DNA from: an uncultured bacterium
GTDB lineage: Bacteria > Acidobacteriota > Aminicenantia > Aminicenantales > UBA4085
Length of the DNA stretch: 64,000 bases
Reading direction: 5' to 3'
Assembly (NCBI GenBank): GCA_937868205.1
Contig: CALMMC010000124.1
Location: forward strand, 33,046 to 97,045
The first letter of the stretch is position 1; each line of letters starts with the position of its first letter. Positions 56,257 through 64,000 of the stretch are shown here, in pieces. The notes under the pieces were generated by a model, which ran no database searches, was not told the DNA's origin, and saw only the letters and a list, made by a program, of their open reading frames with translations. Made by a program: the position numbers and the translations under genes.

Positions 56257-57669
56257 TCAGGCCGTCGGAGAGCCGACGGCGATGATTTTAAACCCCGCTT
56301 TGCGCAAGGGGCCGTAAGCGCTCTGGAGCATCCGCCGTCCGTCCATGAGGAGCGGCCGTTTTTTATGCTTTTTCAGAAGCTCGTCCAAACCGCGGAATTG
56401 GGGCCAGTCGGTGGCGATGATCACCGCGTCCGCCCCGGCCACGGCCTCCGCCTCCGAGGAGGCATAAACGAGGGCGGGCGAGGGAGGGAACAGCCGCCGA
56501 AAATTGTCCATGGCCGCCGGGTCGAAAATCCGTGTTTCCCGGACTTTTTTCCCGGCGAGGAACGGGACGATATCGAGGGCCGGGGAATTGCGGATGTCGT
56601 TCGTATTCCGCTTGAAGGCGACGCCGAGAAGGGCGACTTTCTTGCGCGTCCAGTCGAAGCGGGCCTCGGTTTCGGCCCGGTTGAGGAATCCCAGGAGCTG
56701 GCGGCGGTTAGCCCCGAAAATCTCCTGGACAAGGGAGGCGTCTTTCTTCCGGGCTTGAAGCTGGTAACGGAGCGAGCGGGCGTCCTTGATGAAGCAGCTC
56801 CCCCCGGCGTACAGGCTGTCGTAAAGGCCCCAAGCGCCGATCCGGGGATCGCTCGAGAGGATTCTCCGGACGTTTTCGAAATGAATGCCGGGGAACGATT
56901 CGCACGTCCGGCCGATCACGTCGAAACAAACGGCCAAGCGGCTGAAAAGAGTGAAATTGGCCAGCAGCTTGCCGGCCGCCGCCTCCCGGGGGTTGACCTC
57001 GATGTACCGGACCGTCGGGGCGTTCAGAAACCGCTGGTAAATGCGGCGCAGGACGGCGAAATCCTTTTCCTTCTCGGCCCCGATCACGATCCGGTCCGGC
57101 CGGAGCGCCCCCATGACGGCCTGGCCCTCGACGAGGAATTCGGGGTTGGATACAACCCCGGTGTTACGGACCCCGGCCTCCCGGAGGATCTTCCGGGTTC
57201 GGCTGACCGTGTCGATCGGGACGGTGCTCTTGTTGACGATGACGATATACTTTTCCTGGGCGCCTTTGTTCCGGCGACGGAGGGCGGCCGCGATTTTCCG
57301 GGCGGCCTCCAGGTAGTACGTGAGATCGCTCTCGCCCGTTTCATTGATTTCCGGCGTCGGAAGGCACATGAAAACGGCGTCGCAGCGGTCCAGGAATTTC
57401 TCGACCTTGGAGTAATCGGACGTGAATTCAATCCGGTCCCGGTTCCGGACGAGCAGATCGCCGAGGCCTTCCTCATAAATGCACGATTCGATCTGATCGC
57501 GGTCTCCGGAGCGGAGCTTGGCGATTTTTTTCGCGTCCACGTCATAAGCCAGGGTGGAGTGGCCGCTGTCGGCCGAGACGGCGGCCGAACAGGCCCCGAC
57601 GAAACCCGTCCCCAGATACAAGACGTTCATCCCGGACACGGAATCCTCAATCCTCGTTTTCTGCGACAT
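56257..57669 (-). CDS. Nucleotide-sugar dehydrogenase (UDP-glucose/GDP-mannose dehydrogenase family; possibly UDP-GlcNAc/ManNAc dehydrogenase)
   Basis: NVLYLGTGFVGACSA N-terminal NAD fold, catalytic Cys region (GGSCFIKD); start ambiguous between 57669 (GGAG Shine-Dalgarno) and 57630. Confidence 0.8.
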   Translation of the reverse strand: MSQKTRIEDSVSGMNVLYLGTGFVGACSAAVSADSGHSTLAYDVDAKKIAKLRSGDRDQIESCIYEEGLGDLLVRNRDRIEFTSDYSKVEKFLDRCDAVFMCLPTPEINETGESDLTYYLEAARKIAAALRRRNKGAQEKYIVIVNKSTVPIDTVSRTRKILREAGVRNTGVVSNPEFLVEGQAVMGALRPDRIVIGAEKEKDFAVLRRIYQRFLNAPTVRYIEVNPREAAAGKLLANFTLFSRLAVCFDVIGRTCESFPGIHFENVRRILSSDPRIGAWGLYDSLYAGGSCFIKDARSLRYQLQARKKDASLVQEIFGANRRQLLGFLNRAETEARFDWTRKKVALLGVAFKRNTNDIRNSPALDIVPFLAGKKVRETRIFDPAAMDNFRRLFPPSPALVYASSEAEAVAGADAVIIATDWPQFRGLDELLKKHKKRPLLMDGRRMLQSAYGPLRKAGFKIIAVGSPTA

Positions 57670-57880
57670 ACCGGGCTCCAATAGGAATCGTTTTCTCTCC
57701 ATCGACTTCGGATACAGGCTACCGCCGATGGGCTTGGGAGACCTCATGGACGGACATCGATTCAACGACGGAGGAAGGACGCCGGGCGACGACGGAAAGC
57801 CGGCCGGATATCCCCTCGCCTGATCACAAAAACATCATAGGAAAAATAACGCGAAAAAACAATTGACTTCATTTGATTTT

Positions 57881-60112
57881 TCACCGCCCCCTGCGTCCGA
57901 GGATATCCTCGGACGGCCCGATGTTGCCCAGCCCCAGGGAGAACAGAAATTGGATGTCCGGCGTTTCCCGAAAGAAAAACGCCCGGAGGCCCATCTGGAT
58001 GTCGATGCATTGGACATGCCAGACGGCGGCCAGGCCCGCGTAGAGCACCTTTTTCGCCTGGAGGTTGTATTCAAACTCGCCGAGCGTCTCCAGGCGGAGG
58101 GTGGAGAACTCCGCCCCTCCCCGAAGCCCGATCTGATGGCGGCTGATGCTCGTGTAGCCGCGATAGGGATTGATGCTTTTGTACCAGGAAACGGCCAGGT
58201 AAGCGCCGTCGGAGGCGTTTCCAAGACCGGCTGAAGCCCGAACGCTGGACAGGAATCTTTTATAAGTGTTGTATCCCAGGCTGAGGTCCAGGTTGACGCC
58301 GGAGACCGGGAAGAAGCGGAGCTTGTTGAGGATTTCCGAGAACCGCGGGATACTCCCGTCCTCGAGCCGGTACCGGCTCAAGGGGCTGTTTGCGGCGTCC
58401 ACATAGTAAGTCTGCTCCAGCTGCCAGGTCAGCAACTCGCGGGCCCTCTCCTCGCCCCGCTTGACCAGGATCTGGTTCTGCACCCCGTAGTTGACATAGT
58501 GGTATCGGAAGAAAAAGCCGCTCGTCGTGATGATCCGGTCGGAGTCGATGGCCGGCGTGTCGTACCGGTACGTGATCGTCGGCTCGATGACGTGTTTCAA
58601 CCGGGTCGAAGACTTCCGGATGTCGAAAATCCGGTACAAGACCGGGCCGGTCATCGTCGCCGAGAAGGATCCGTTTCCGCTTAGGAGCCCCCGGTTGAGG
58701 GTTTCATGGCTCTCCGGATCGCGGCTGTTTCCGTAATAATCGAGGTTGCCGGCGACGGAGAAATCAAAACCGAGCCAAGCGATCTCGGTGAAGGGCAGGG
58801 TGATCCTCGGCGAAAGGGACAGGACGCTCGATTTCACCTGGGTGCCCGCCTTGAACTGGTTGGTGAATCCATACTGCCAGTTGTCGTAGCCGGCGCTCAA
58901 GGAAAAATAGCTCGGCCCCCAGAGCTTTTTCTTGAACAGGCTGAAGCTGATTTGCGGAAGGGATTGGCGGATCCGGGCGAACGTCCAGGCGGGGTAGGTC
59001 GTCTCGAACCGGCTGAGGCGGACGCTCAAATTCGATCCGGTCCAGCTTTTCGTCACGTAGACCTGGGAGCTCCGGTTGTAAACCAGGGCCCGGGTGAAGT
59101 CGTTGTCGAACTCCCGGGTGAAGGAGAAGGAGTTCTGGTAGTCGACGTTGGCGACGATGTTGAGCTTTCCGGGAAGAGGCTGGTTGTGGCTCCAGCGAAA
59201 GATGACGGCATCTTCCGGCTTGACGCCCGTCGACGGAGTCCGGTAGCCGAAATAGAAGGCGTTGAGGCGGCCGCCCCATCCGCCCTCGAACAGGTAGCGG
59301 AATTCGAGGCCCCCGCCGGCGCCCTTGGCCGCGTAATAATCCAGGGAAAAGGTGGCGTCCATATTCCGGGCCATGGCCCAATAGAACTGCTGGGTCAGGT
59401 TCAAGCCTTTCTGTTTCGAATAACCGATCCGGGGGAAGAGAAAGCCCGTGGCCCGGTCCCGGTCAAGGGGATATTTGAGGTAGGGAAGATAGAAGATCGG
59501 AACGTCCTTGATCTTGAAGACCGGATCCCACATCTTAATGTATTCGTTCCGCACGAATTCGGCCCGGGAGGCGGAGAACTTCCAGCGGGGGACGGGCTGG
59601 GAGCAGCCGGTGATCGTGCTTTTCCCCACCCGGAACAGGTCGGGGCTTTCGCGCTCGACCCGGTCGGACTCGTACCGATATTCGGGTTGAACGAGCCCGA
59701 CGACGTTTTCGGCCCGGCCCAGGCCGGTTTCCATGTTCAAGGCGAACCGGTCGGCCGAGAACGTCTCGTCGGGCCGGATCAGGGTGACGTGGCCGACGGC
59801 CAGGGCGTCCTTGGTCGTCTCGTCATAGACGACCTGGTCGGCGCAGAGAATGATCTCGCCATAACGGATCTCCACGTTTCCGGAGGCGGTGATTTTGTTT
59901 TCGAGCCGTTCCTTGTAGTCCGCCTTGATGACGAGCTTGCCGACGGCGGTTTCGGCCGGGGACGGCGCGGCCGCCTGGGGCGGAACGGCCTGAGACCCGG
60001 TCTGCGGCCGGGACTGGGCCGAAGTCTCGGCCGCGGACCCGACCAGGGCGGCAAGGAAAATCACAATTCCGGCCAGGGCGGAAACAGTAAAAATGCTCCG
60101 CCGGCCCGCCAT
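57881..60112 (-). CDS. lptD: LPS-assembly outer-membrane protein LptD (OstA N-domain plus large beta-barrel)
   Basis: Signal peptide, OstA-like N-domain (GNVEIRYGEIILCADQVVYDETTKDALAVGHVTL), about 550-aa beta-barrel; start chosen at the ATG with an AGGAAGGA Shine-Dalgarno. Confidence 0.8.
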   Translation of the reverse strand: MAGRRSIFTVSALAGIVIFLAALVGSAAETSAQSRPQTGSQAVPPQAAAPSPAETAVGKLVIKADYKERLENKITASGNVEIRYGEIILCADQVVYDETTKDALAVGHVTLIRPDETFSADRFALNMETGLGRAENVVGLVQPEYRYESDRVERESPDLFRVGKSTITGCSQPVPRWKFSASRAEFVRNEYIKMWDPVFKIKDVPIFYLPYLKYPLDRDRATGFLFPRIGYSKQKGLNLTQQFYWAMARNMDATFSLDYYAAKGAGGGLEFRYLFEGGWGGRLNAFYFGYRTPSTGVKPEDAVIFRWSHNQPLPGKLNIVANVDYQNSFSFTREFDNDFTRALVYNRSSQVYVTKSWTGSNLSVRLSRFETTYPAWTFARIRQSLPQISFSLFKKKLWGPSYFSLSAGYDNWQYGFTNQFKAGTQVKSSVLSLSPRITLPFTEIAWLGFDFSVAGNLDYYGNSRDPESHETLNRGLLSGNGSFSATMTGPVLYRIFDIRKSSTRLKHVIEPTITYRYDTPAIDSDRIITTSGFFFRYHYVNYGVQNQILVKRGEERARELLTWQLEQTYYVDAANSPLSRYRLEDGSIPRFSEILNKLRFFPVSGVNLDLSLGYNTYKRFLSSVRASAGLGNASDGAYLAVSWYKSINPYRGYTSISRHQIGLRGGAEFSTLRLETLGEFEYNLQAKKVLYAGLAAVWHVQCIDIQMGLRAFFFRETPDIQFLFSLGLGNIGPSEDILGRRGR

Positions 60113-60155
60113 TATTTTCCTTCCTGGCAATTGCATAGGACCGCCCAAGCCTTAT

Positions 60156-60164
60156 ATTGTAGCA
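60156..60164 (-). promoter_or_regulatory. Candidate extended -10 element TGcTACAAT (minus strand) upstream of lptD
   Basis: Reverse complement of attgtagca; 44 nt upstream of the lptD ATG. Confidence 0.25.
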
Positions 60165-60214
60165 CAACGGAAGCGGCTTCGATTCCGCCGCGACGGGGGA
60201 TGCCTGGCCCTGAA

Positions 60215-61180
60215 TCAGAGGAGCGGGTGGCGTTCGCCCCGGCGGGGATCGACGGCGGCCTGCCGGATGTCGTGGACGATCTCGACCGCCCGGCGGTTTT
60301 CCTCGAGGCCGAAGCCGCGGCCGGCGAGGATCTCCTCGTAAACGCGGGAATGAAGGTCCGCGCAGCCCTCGGTGAAGTCCGCGGGCTCCCCGTCGACCGT
60401 GATCCGGCGGAACGCCCGCGGGCTCCGCGCACGGCCGGCGGCGGGAACGTCCCCGGCCCGGAGCGAGAGATACCACCGGATCCGGGCCCGGCGGAGCTCC
60501 AGGAAGCCGGCCGCCCTGTCCGGCTCCTTCAAGTGAACGATATTGCCGCCGGCGACCGCCTCCCCGAAGATCCACGTCAGGACATCGAAGAAATGGATGC
60601 CGATGTTGGTCGCGACTCCCCCTGATTTCGCCTCATCCCCTTTCCAGGAATAGAAATACCAGCGGCCGCGGGCCGTGACATTGGTCAGCTCGACGTCGTA
60701 AACCCGCCCGGCCGGGCCGGTCTCGACCCGCGACTTCAGCGCCCGAAGGGCCGGGTGGAGCCGCATTTGGAGGACGGTATACACCTTCCGGCCGTACTCG
60801 GCCTCGATGGCTTTCAAGGCGTCGAGGTTCCAAGGATTCAAGACGACGGGCTTTTCGCAGATCGCCGAGGCGCCCAGGCGGAGAGCAAACCGGATGTGGG
60901 CGTCATGGAGGTAATTGGGCGTGGCGATGCTCAGGCAATCGATCCCTCCGGCCGGATCCGCCCGCCGGAGTTTTTCCAGGAAACGATCGAAACGCTCGAA
61001 CTCGGTGAAAAAAGACGCCCCGGGAAAATAGGAATCGAGCACGCCGACGGAATCGGATTTGTCCATCGCCGCGACGAGGACGTTGCCGGTGTTCTTGATC
61101 GCCTTCAAGTGCCGGGGGGCGATATAGCCGGCGGCCCCGATCAGGGCGAATCGCTTGAGCGAGGGGATGAATTCCTGCAT
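60215..61180 (-). CDS. Gfo/Idh/MocA-family NAD(P)-dependent oxidoreductase (possibly sugar-nucleotide 3-dehydrogenase, WbpB-like)
   Basis: FALIGAAGYIAPRHL Rossmann N-terminus and EKP motif (ICEKPVVLN) typical of the family. Confidence 0.7.
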   Translation of the reverse strand: MQEFIPSLKRFALIGAAGYIAPRHLKAIKNTGNVLVAAMDKSDSVGVLDSYFPGASFFTEFERFDRFLEKLRRADPAGGIDCLSIATPNYLHDAHIRFALRLGASAICEKPVVLNPWNLDALKAIEAEYGRKVYTVLQMRLHPALRALKSRVETGPAGRVYDVELTNVTARGRWYFYSWKGDEAKSGGVATNIGIHFFDVLTWIFGEAVAGGNIVHLKEPDRAAGFLELRRARIRWYLSLRAGDVPAAGRARSPRAFRRITVDGEPADFTEGCADLHSRVYEEILAGRGFGLEENRRAVEIVHDIRQAAVDPRRGERHPLL

Positions 61181-61277
61181 CGACGGCTTCTCCTTCCGTC
61201 TCCGGGCTCCGGAGAAAATCATATCGAAAAAGAAACCGGAGCTCAACTCGAACCCTGGACAGGCAGGCGCCCGTGGA

Positions 61278-63881
61278 TTATTTTTTCCGGTTGGCCCGGC
61301 AAAAATCCATCATCGCCTGGAGGGCGTTTTCCACCGCTTCCGGCGAGCCGTCCTGGCGGGCGAACGCGTCGACGAAGGCCAGGAGGTCGGGGGCGGGCGG
61401 ACGCCGGCCGTAGCCGTGAAAGACGTTGACGATCGCCGCGTCCAGGCCGAGCTCCATGGCCCGGGCCAGGTAGGCGCGGGTGACGCCCGTCCGGCGGCCG
61501 GGCAAGTCGCGGACGGCGTTGGTCACGCCCAGGGAAAAATGAACCCCCCTGAACTCGGGATCGGCCTTGAGCCTCCGGATCGTCTCGAACGCCCGGAACG
61601 TATAGCCCGGTTTGGCCGCCTCCATCGGGACGTCGATCGAGAGGGGGAAGACGGTCGAATCCAGAAAGATATCGCCCGGGGCGAATCCGTGCGATCCGGT
61701 CGCGGCCCGGACGATCCGCCGGGCCAGCGCTTGAAGCTCCTCAACGCCGTAGGCGCCGTCGAGACCGGCCGTTTTCTCGTCTACGAGGAGACCGATGAAC
61801 TTGAAGGGGAAGCGGGCGCGCAGCGGGAGCAGCCGCTCCATCGTGTAGGTTTTGACGGAGTTGACGAGCGGGGCGGCCGACGGCCGGCCGCCTTCCCGCC
61901 CGCCCTCGTACCAGGCGGCCAAGCCCGCCTCCAGCATTTCCGTCGAGCCGCTGTCGATGCAGACCGGGACGCCCAAGGAGTGTCCGCGGATCAGGCGGAC
62001 GAAAAAGCGCAGGATCTCCTTCCGGAATTCCGGATCATCCTCGCTGAGGGCATCGACGTTGACGTCGATATAGGCCGCCCCCTGCTTGGCCTGCCGCCGG
62101 ATGAGCGAAACGAGATACCCGAGGGCGGCGGAGCCGGACGCCCGGACGGCCCCGGGCGGGGCGCCGATGAGGCCCTCCTTGATCACCTCCTGGACGGCCG
62201 CCGCCGTCCGGGGGATGCTGGCGTGGAGCAGCTCGGCGATTTGGATCAGCGGAAAGCCCCGGGCGTGGTCGCGGTCAAACACGTAATTCAGAACGCCGGA
62301 GGTGTGCTCGAGGGCGGCGATCCGCGGGGGAAGCGCGGTTTCCGCCAAGCCGTCGAGCTTTCCAGCCGCGGCGGCCGCTTGGAAGATCGGCTCGGCCACG
62401 CAGACGCGCGTCTCGTCGTTTCCGCAGCGGCCTTCCGGCGTGGCGTCGCCGCAGGGAGGATTGGGCAGCCCCTTGGCGCATTCCCCGAGCGTGCAATAGC
62501 CGAAGTTTTCCGGCAGGAAGCAGTCTCCGCAGTCCTCGCAAGCGAAAAGAACGGCCTTGGCCGCCGCTTCCGCTCCGTGAAACCACCGGTAAAGGCTCCC
62601 CTCCCCTTTTTCGAGTCCGAAGGCCCGGGCGGTCCCGGCGACCGCCGGACAGAGGCGCTTTCCCTTCGTCAAGAAGTTCCGGTGAAGAAAATCGAACCGC
62701 CGCTGGCGGAACGTCCGGGGCCGCGGGGACGGCCGGAACGGCGGCCTTGGGGCGGAACCTCCCTCCGTCTCCGGTCCGTAGAGGTAGAACAATCCCGGCC
62801 CGGAAGCGGGCGGGGGCGGCGGATAATCCAAGATGATCCGGCGTTGGCGCCAGCCCGGACCGATCTCGCCGGCCCGAACGGCGATCCGGACCAGGGCGTC
62901 GAAATCGGGCAAACCGCCGAGATCGACGCCGTCGGCTCCGAGATCGCGGTACATCGCGACCTGGCAGGCGGCCCGCTCGAGATGAGCCTCCGCTTTCTCC
63001 CGCCGGACGGCGGCCAGGAGCTCGTCGGAAACGAAGCAGCCGGGCATCCGGCCCTCGTTCATCAGCCGGGCAGCCGGGTTGGCGTTGGAGAGATAATAGA
63101 CATTGCCGAGGACGGGCGCGTCGAGGCGGGCTTGGCGGAAATACCGAAAGAGCTCCTCGGACTTGCGGGAGTCCCAGCCCATCTGCAGAAGAAAGGCTTG
63201 AGCGCCGGCCTGGAGTTTTTTGGCCGCTTTGAAATATTGCTGAAGGAGCGAGGCCTCGGTGTACTTGAACGGAGAAACCGCGGCCAGGGCGAAAAATTGA
63301 GGGACCGAGGAAAATCTGGAGGCGAAGGAGGCCGAACCTGGGCGCGGGCCGGCCAGCATCTCCCCGATTCTCGAGAAGCCGCCGGGGGCGGGCGGATGCT
63401 CCGGGGACGGAACCGTCCGCTTCGCCGGAGGGGAGACCGGAGCTCGCTGAAACGCGTCGAAATTCAGCTCGGAGACGAGCTCGAGCAGGCCGATGGAGTC
63501 CAGCTCGAAGACCCGCTTTCCGGACGCCGGCTTGTCGCCGGTGATCGCCAGGACCGTTGTCAGGCCCATGGCCCGGAAGCCCATCAGGGCGGACCGGAGG
63601 GCCTCGGCGTTCTGTTCCTTTCCGGTGACATGGGGAACGACGTCGAGATCATCCCACAGTCCCCGGCCCGACGGCCCCTTGGCCGCGATGATCGAAAAGA
63701 TGTCGGCCGGATCAAGCATGGGAATGCCCCGCGGATTCTGCGGAAGAGCGACGCCCGCCAAACGGAAGCCGGAGGGGATTTCAGATTTTCGGCCGGCGTA
63801 ATCCCGAAGAAAACATTCGATCGGCCGGACGTCGTCCCCCTGGGCGGGGACGAGCTCGGCCAGCAGTAAAAACGGTTTCAT
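61278..63881 (-). CDS. Fusion protein: methylenetetrahydrofolate reductase (MetF) + MTHFR_C/MetV-like Cys-rich domain + pterin-binding (DHPS/MeTr-like) domain
   Basis: MetF-like region (VLAITGDKP ~ ILALRGDPP; AGAQAFLLQ); Cys-rich CEDCGDC...YCTLGEC...PCGD...RCGND as in the MTHFR C-terminal domain; then YIDVNVDAL...PVCIDSGSTEMLEAGL...GLDAAIVN resembling the methyl-THF-binding TIM barrel of MetH/AcsE. Confidence 0.65.
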   Translation of the reverse strand: MKPFLLLAELVPAQGDDVRPIECFLRDYAGRKSEIPSGFRLAGVALPQNPRGIPMLDPADIFSIIAAKGPSGRGLWDDLDVVPHVTGKEQNAEALRSALMGFRAMGLTTVLAITGDKPASGKRVFELDSIGLLELVSELNFDAFQRAPVSPPAKRTVPSPEHPPAPGGFSRIGEMLAGPRPGSASFASRFSSVPQFFALAAVSPFKYTEASLLQQYFKAAKKLQAGAQAFLLQMGWDSRKSEELFRYFRQARLDAPVLGNVYYLSNANPAARLMNEGRMPGCFVSDELLAAVRREKAEAHLERAACQVAMYRDLGADGVDLGGLPDFDALVRIAVRAGEIGPGWRQRRIILDYPPPPPASGPGLFYLYGPETEGGSAPRPPFRPSPRPRTFRQRRFDFLHRNFLTKGKRLCPAVAGTARAFGLEKGEGSLYRWFHGAEAAAKAVLFACEDCGDCFLPENFGYCTLGECAKGLPNPPCGDATPEGRCGNDETRVCVAEPIFQAAAAAGKLDGLAETALPPRIAALEHTSGVLNYVFDRDHARGFPLIQIAELLHASIPRTAAAVQEVIKEGLIGAPPGAVRASGSAALGYLVSLIRRQAKQGAAYIDVNVDALSEDDPEFRKEILRFFVRLIRGHSLGVPVCIDSGSTEMLEAGLAAWYEGGREGGRPSAAPLVNSVKTYTMERLLPLRARFPFKFIGLLVDEKTAGLDGAYGVEELQALARRIVRAATGSHGFAPGDIFLDSTVFPLSIDVPMEAAKPGYTFRAFETIRRLKADPEFRGVHFSLGVTNAVRDLPGRRTGVTRAYLARAMELGLDAAIVNVFHGYGRRPPAPDLLAFVDAFARQDGSPEAVENALQAMMDFCRANRKK

Positions 63882-64000
63882 TCAAACCTTTTCCTTGGAA
63901 AGTCGGGCTTTATGATAAACGATCGCTCCCGGACTTACAACGTATTGATTCCCCGGCCGGCATGAATTGAGGAGGGGCCGTGTTTCTGGTATATTTTCGT

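Noticed and set aside
61155-63869. 904-aa plus-strand ORF
   Set aside because: Antisense to the MetF-fusion gene, which has clear domain motifs; the translation is G/R/E-rich and repetitive.
1-64000. CRISPR arrays, rRNA/tRNA genes, transposases/IS elements
   Set aside because: No direct-repeat arrays, no cloverleaf-capable segments in the short intergenic regions, no transposase-like ORFs; the only composition anomaly is the low-GC glycan insert.

Overview
This is a high-GC (about 65-68%), gene-dense bacterial chromosomal window from a diderm organism (LptD, LPS-core heptosyltransferase and a WaaL-type ligase are present), with almost no non-coding space. The left third carries housekeeping and envelope loci: hypB (5'-partial) and hypA; a membrane sulfatase-like enzyme; a pstSCAB phosphate-uptake operon with an upstream porin and an Rrf2-family regulator; a five-gene, translationally coupled operon (sensor kinase, receiver, Zn-ribbon SAM methyltransferase, UbiA prenyltransferase, RdgB); comEA; xerC-topA-dprA; a DUF1573 protein; and a pair of predicted outer-membrane beta-barrel proteins, one with an N-terminal SH3b domain. 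From about 21 kb to the right edge the window is one large, mostly minus-strand LPS/O-antigen/glycan biosynthesis supercluster. It holds an inner-core style operon (GT4 glycosyltransferase, Kdo/WaaP-like kinase, a glycoside-hydrolase-like TIM-barrel protein, a methyltransferase). It also holds Trm112, a heptosyltransferase, waaL, a PHP phosphoesterase, a heptose kinase, two GDP-sugar short-chain dehydrogenase/reductase (SDR) enzymes, purF, rfbBCA, a large Wzy_C/PglL-like membrane protein and a bacillosamine-like UDP-sugar pathway. Further right are fnlABC (UDP-L-FucNAc), a lower-GC horizontally acquired insert (GT4 plus a frameshifted methyltransferase; wzz is also lower-GC), wzy, a sulfotransferase, wzx, ugd, lptD, a Gfo/Idh/MocA oxidoreductase, and an unusual MetF-MetV-pterin-binding fusion protein. 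No rRNA/tRNA genes, CRISPR arrays or mobile elements were found. All assignments rest on motif recognition by eye, not database searches.
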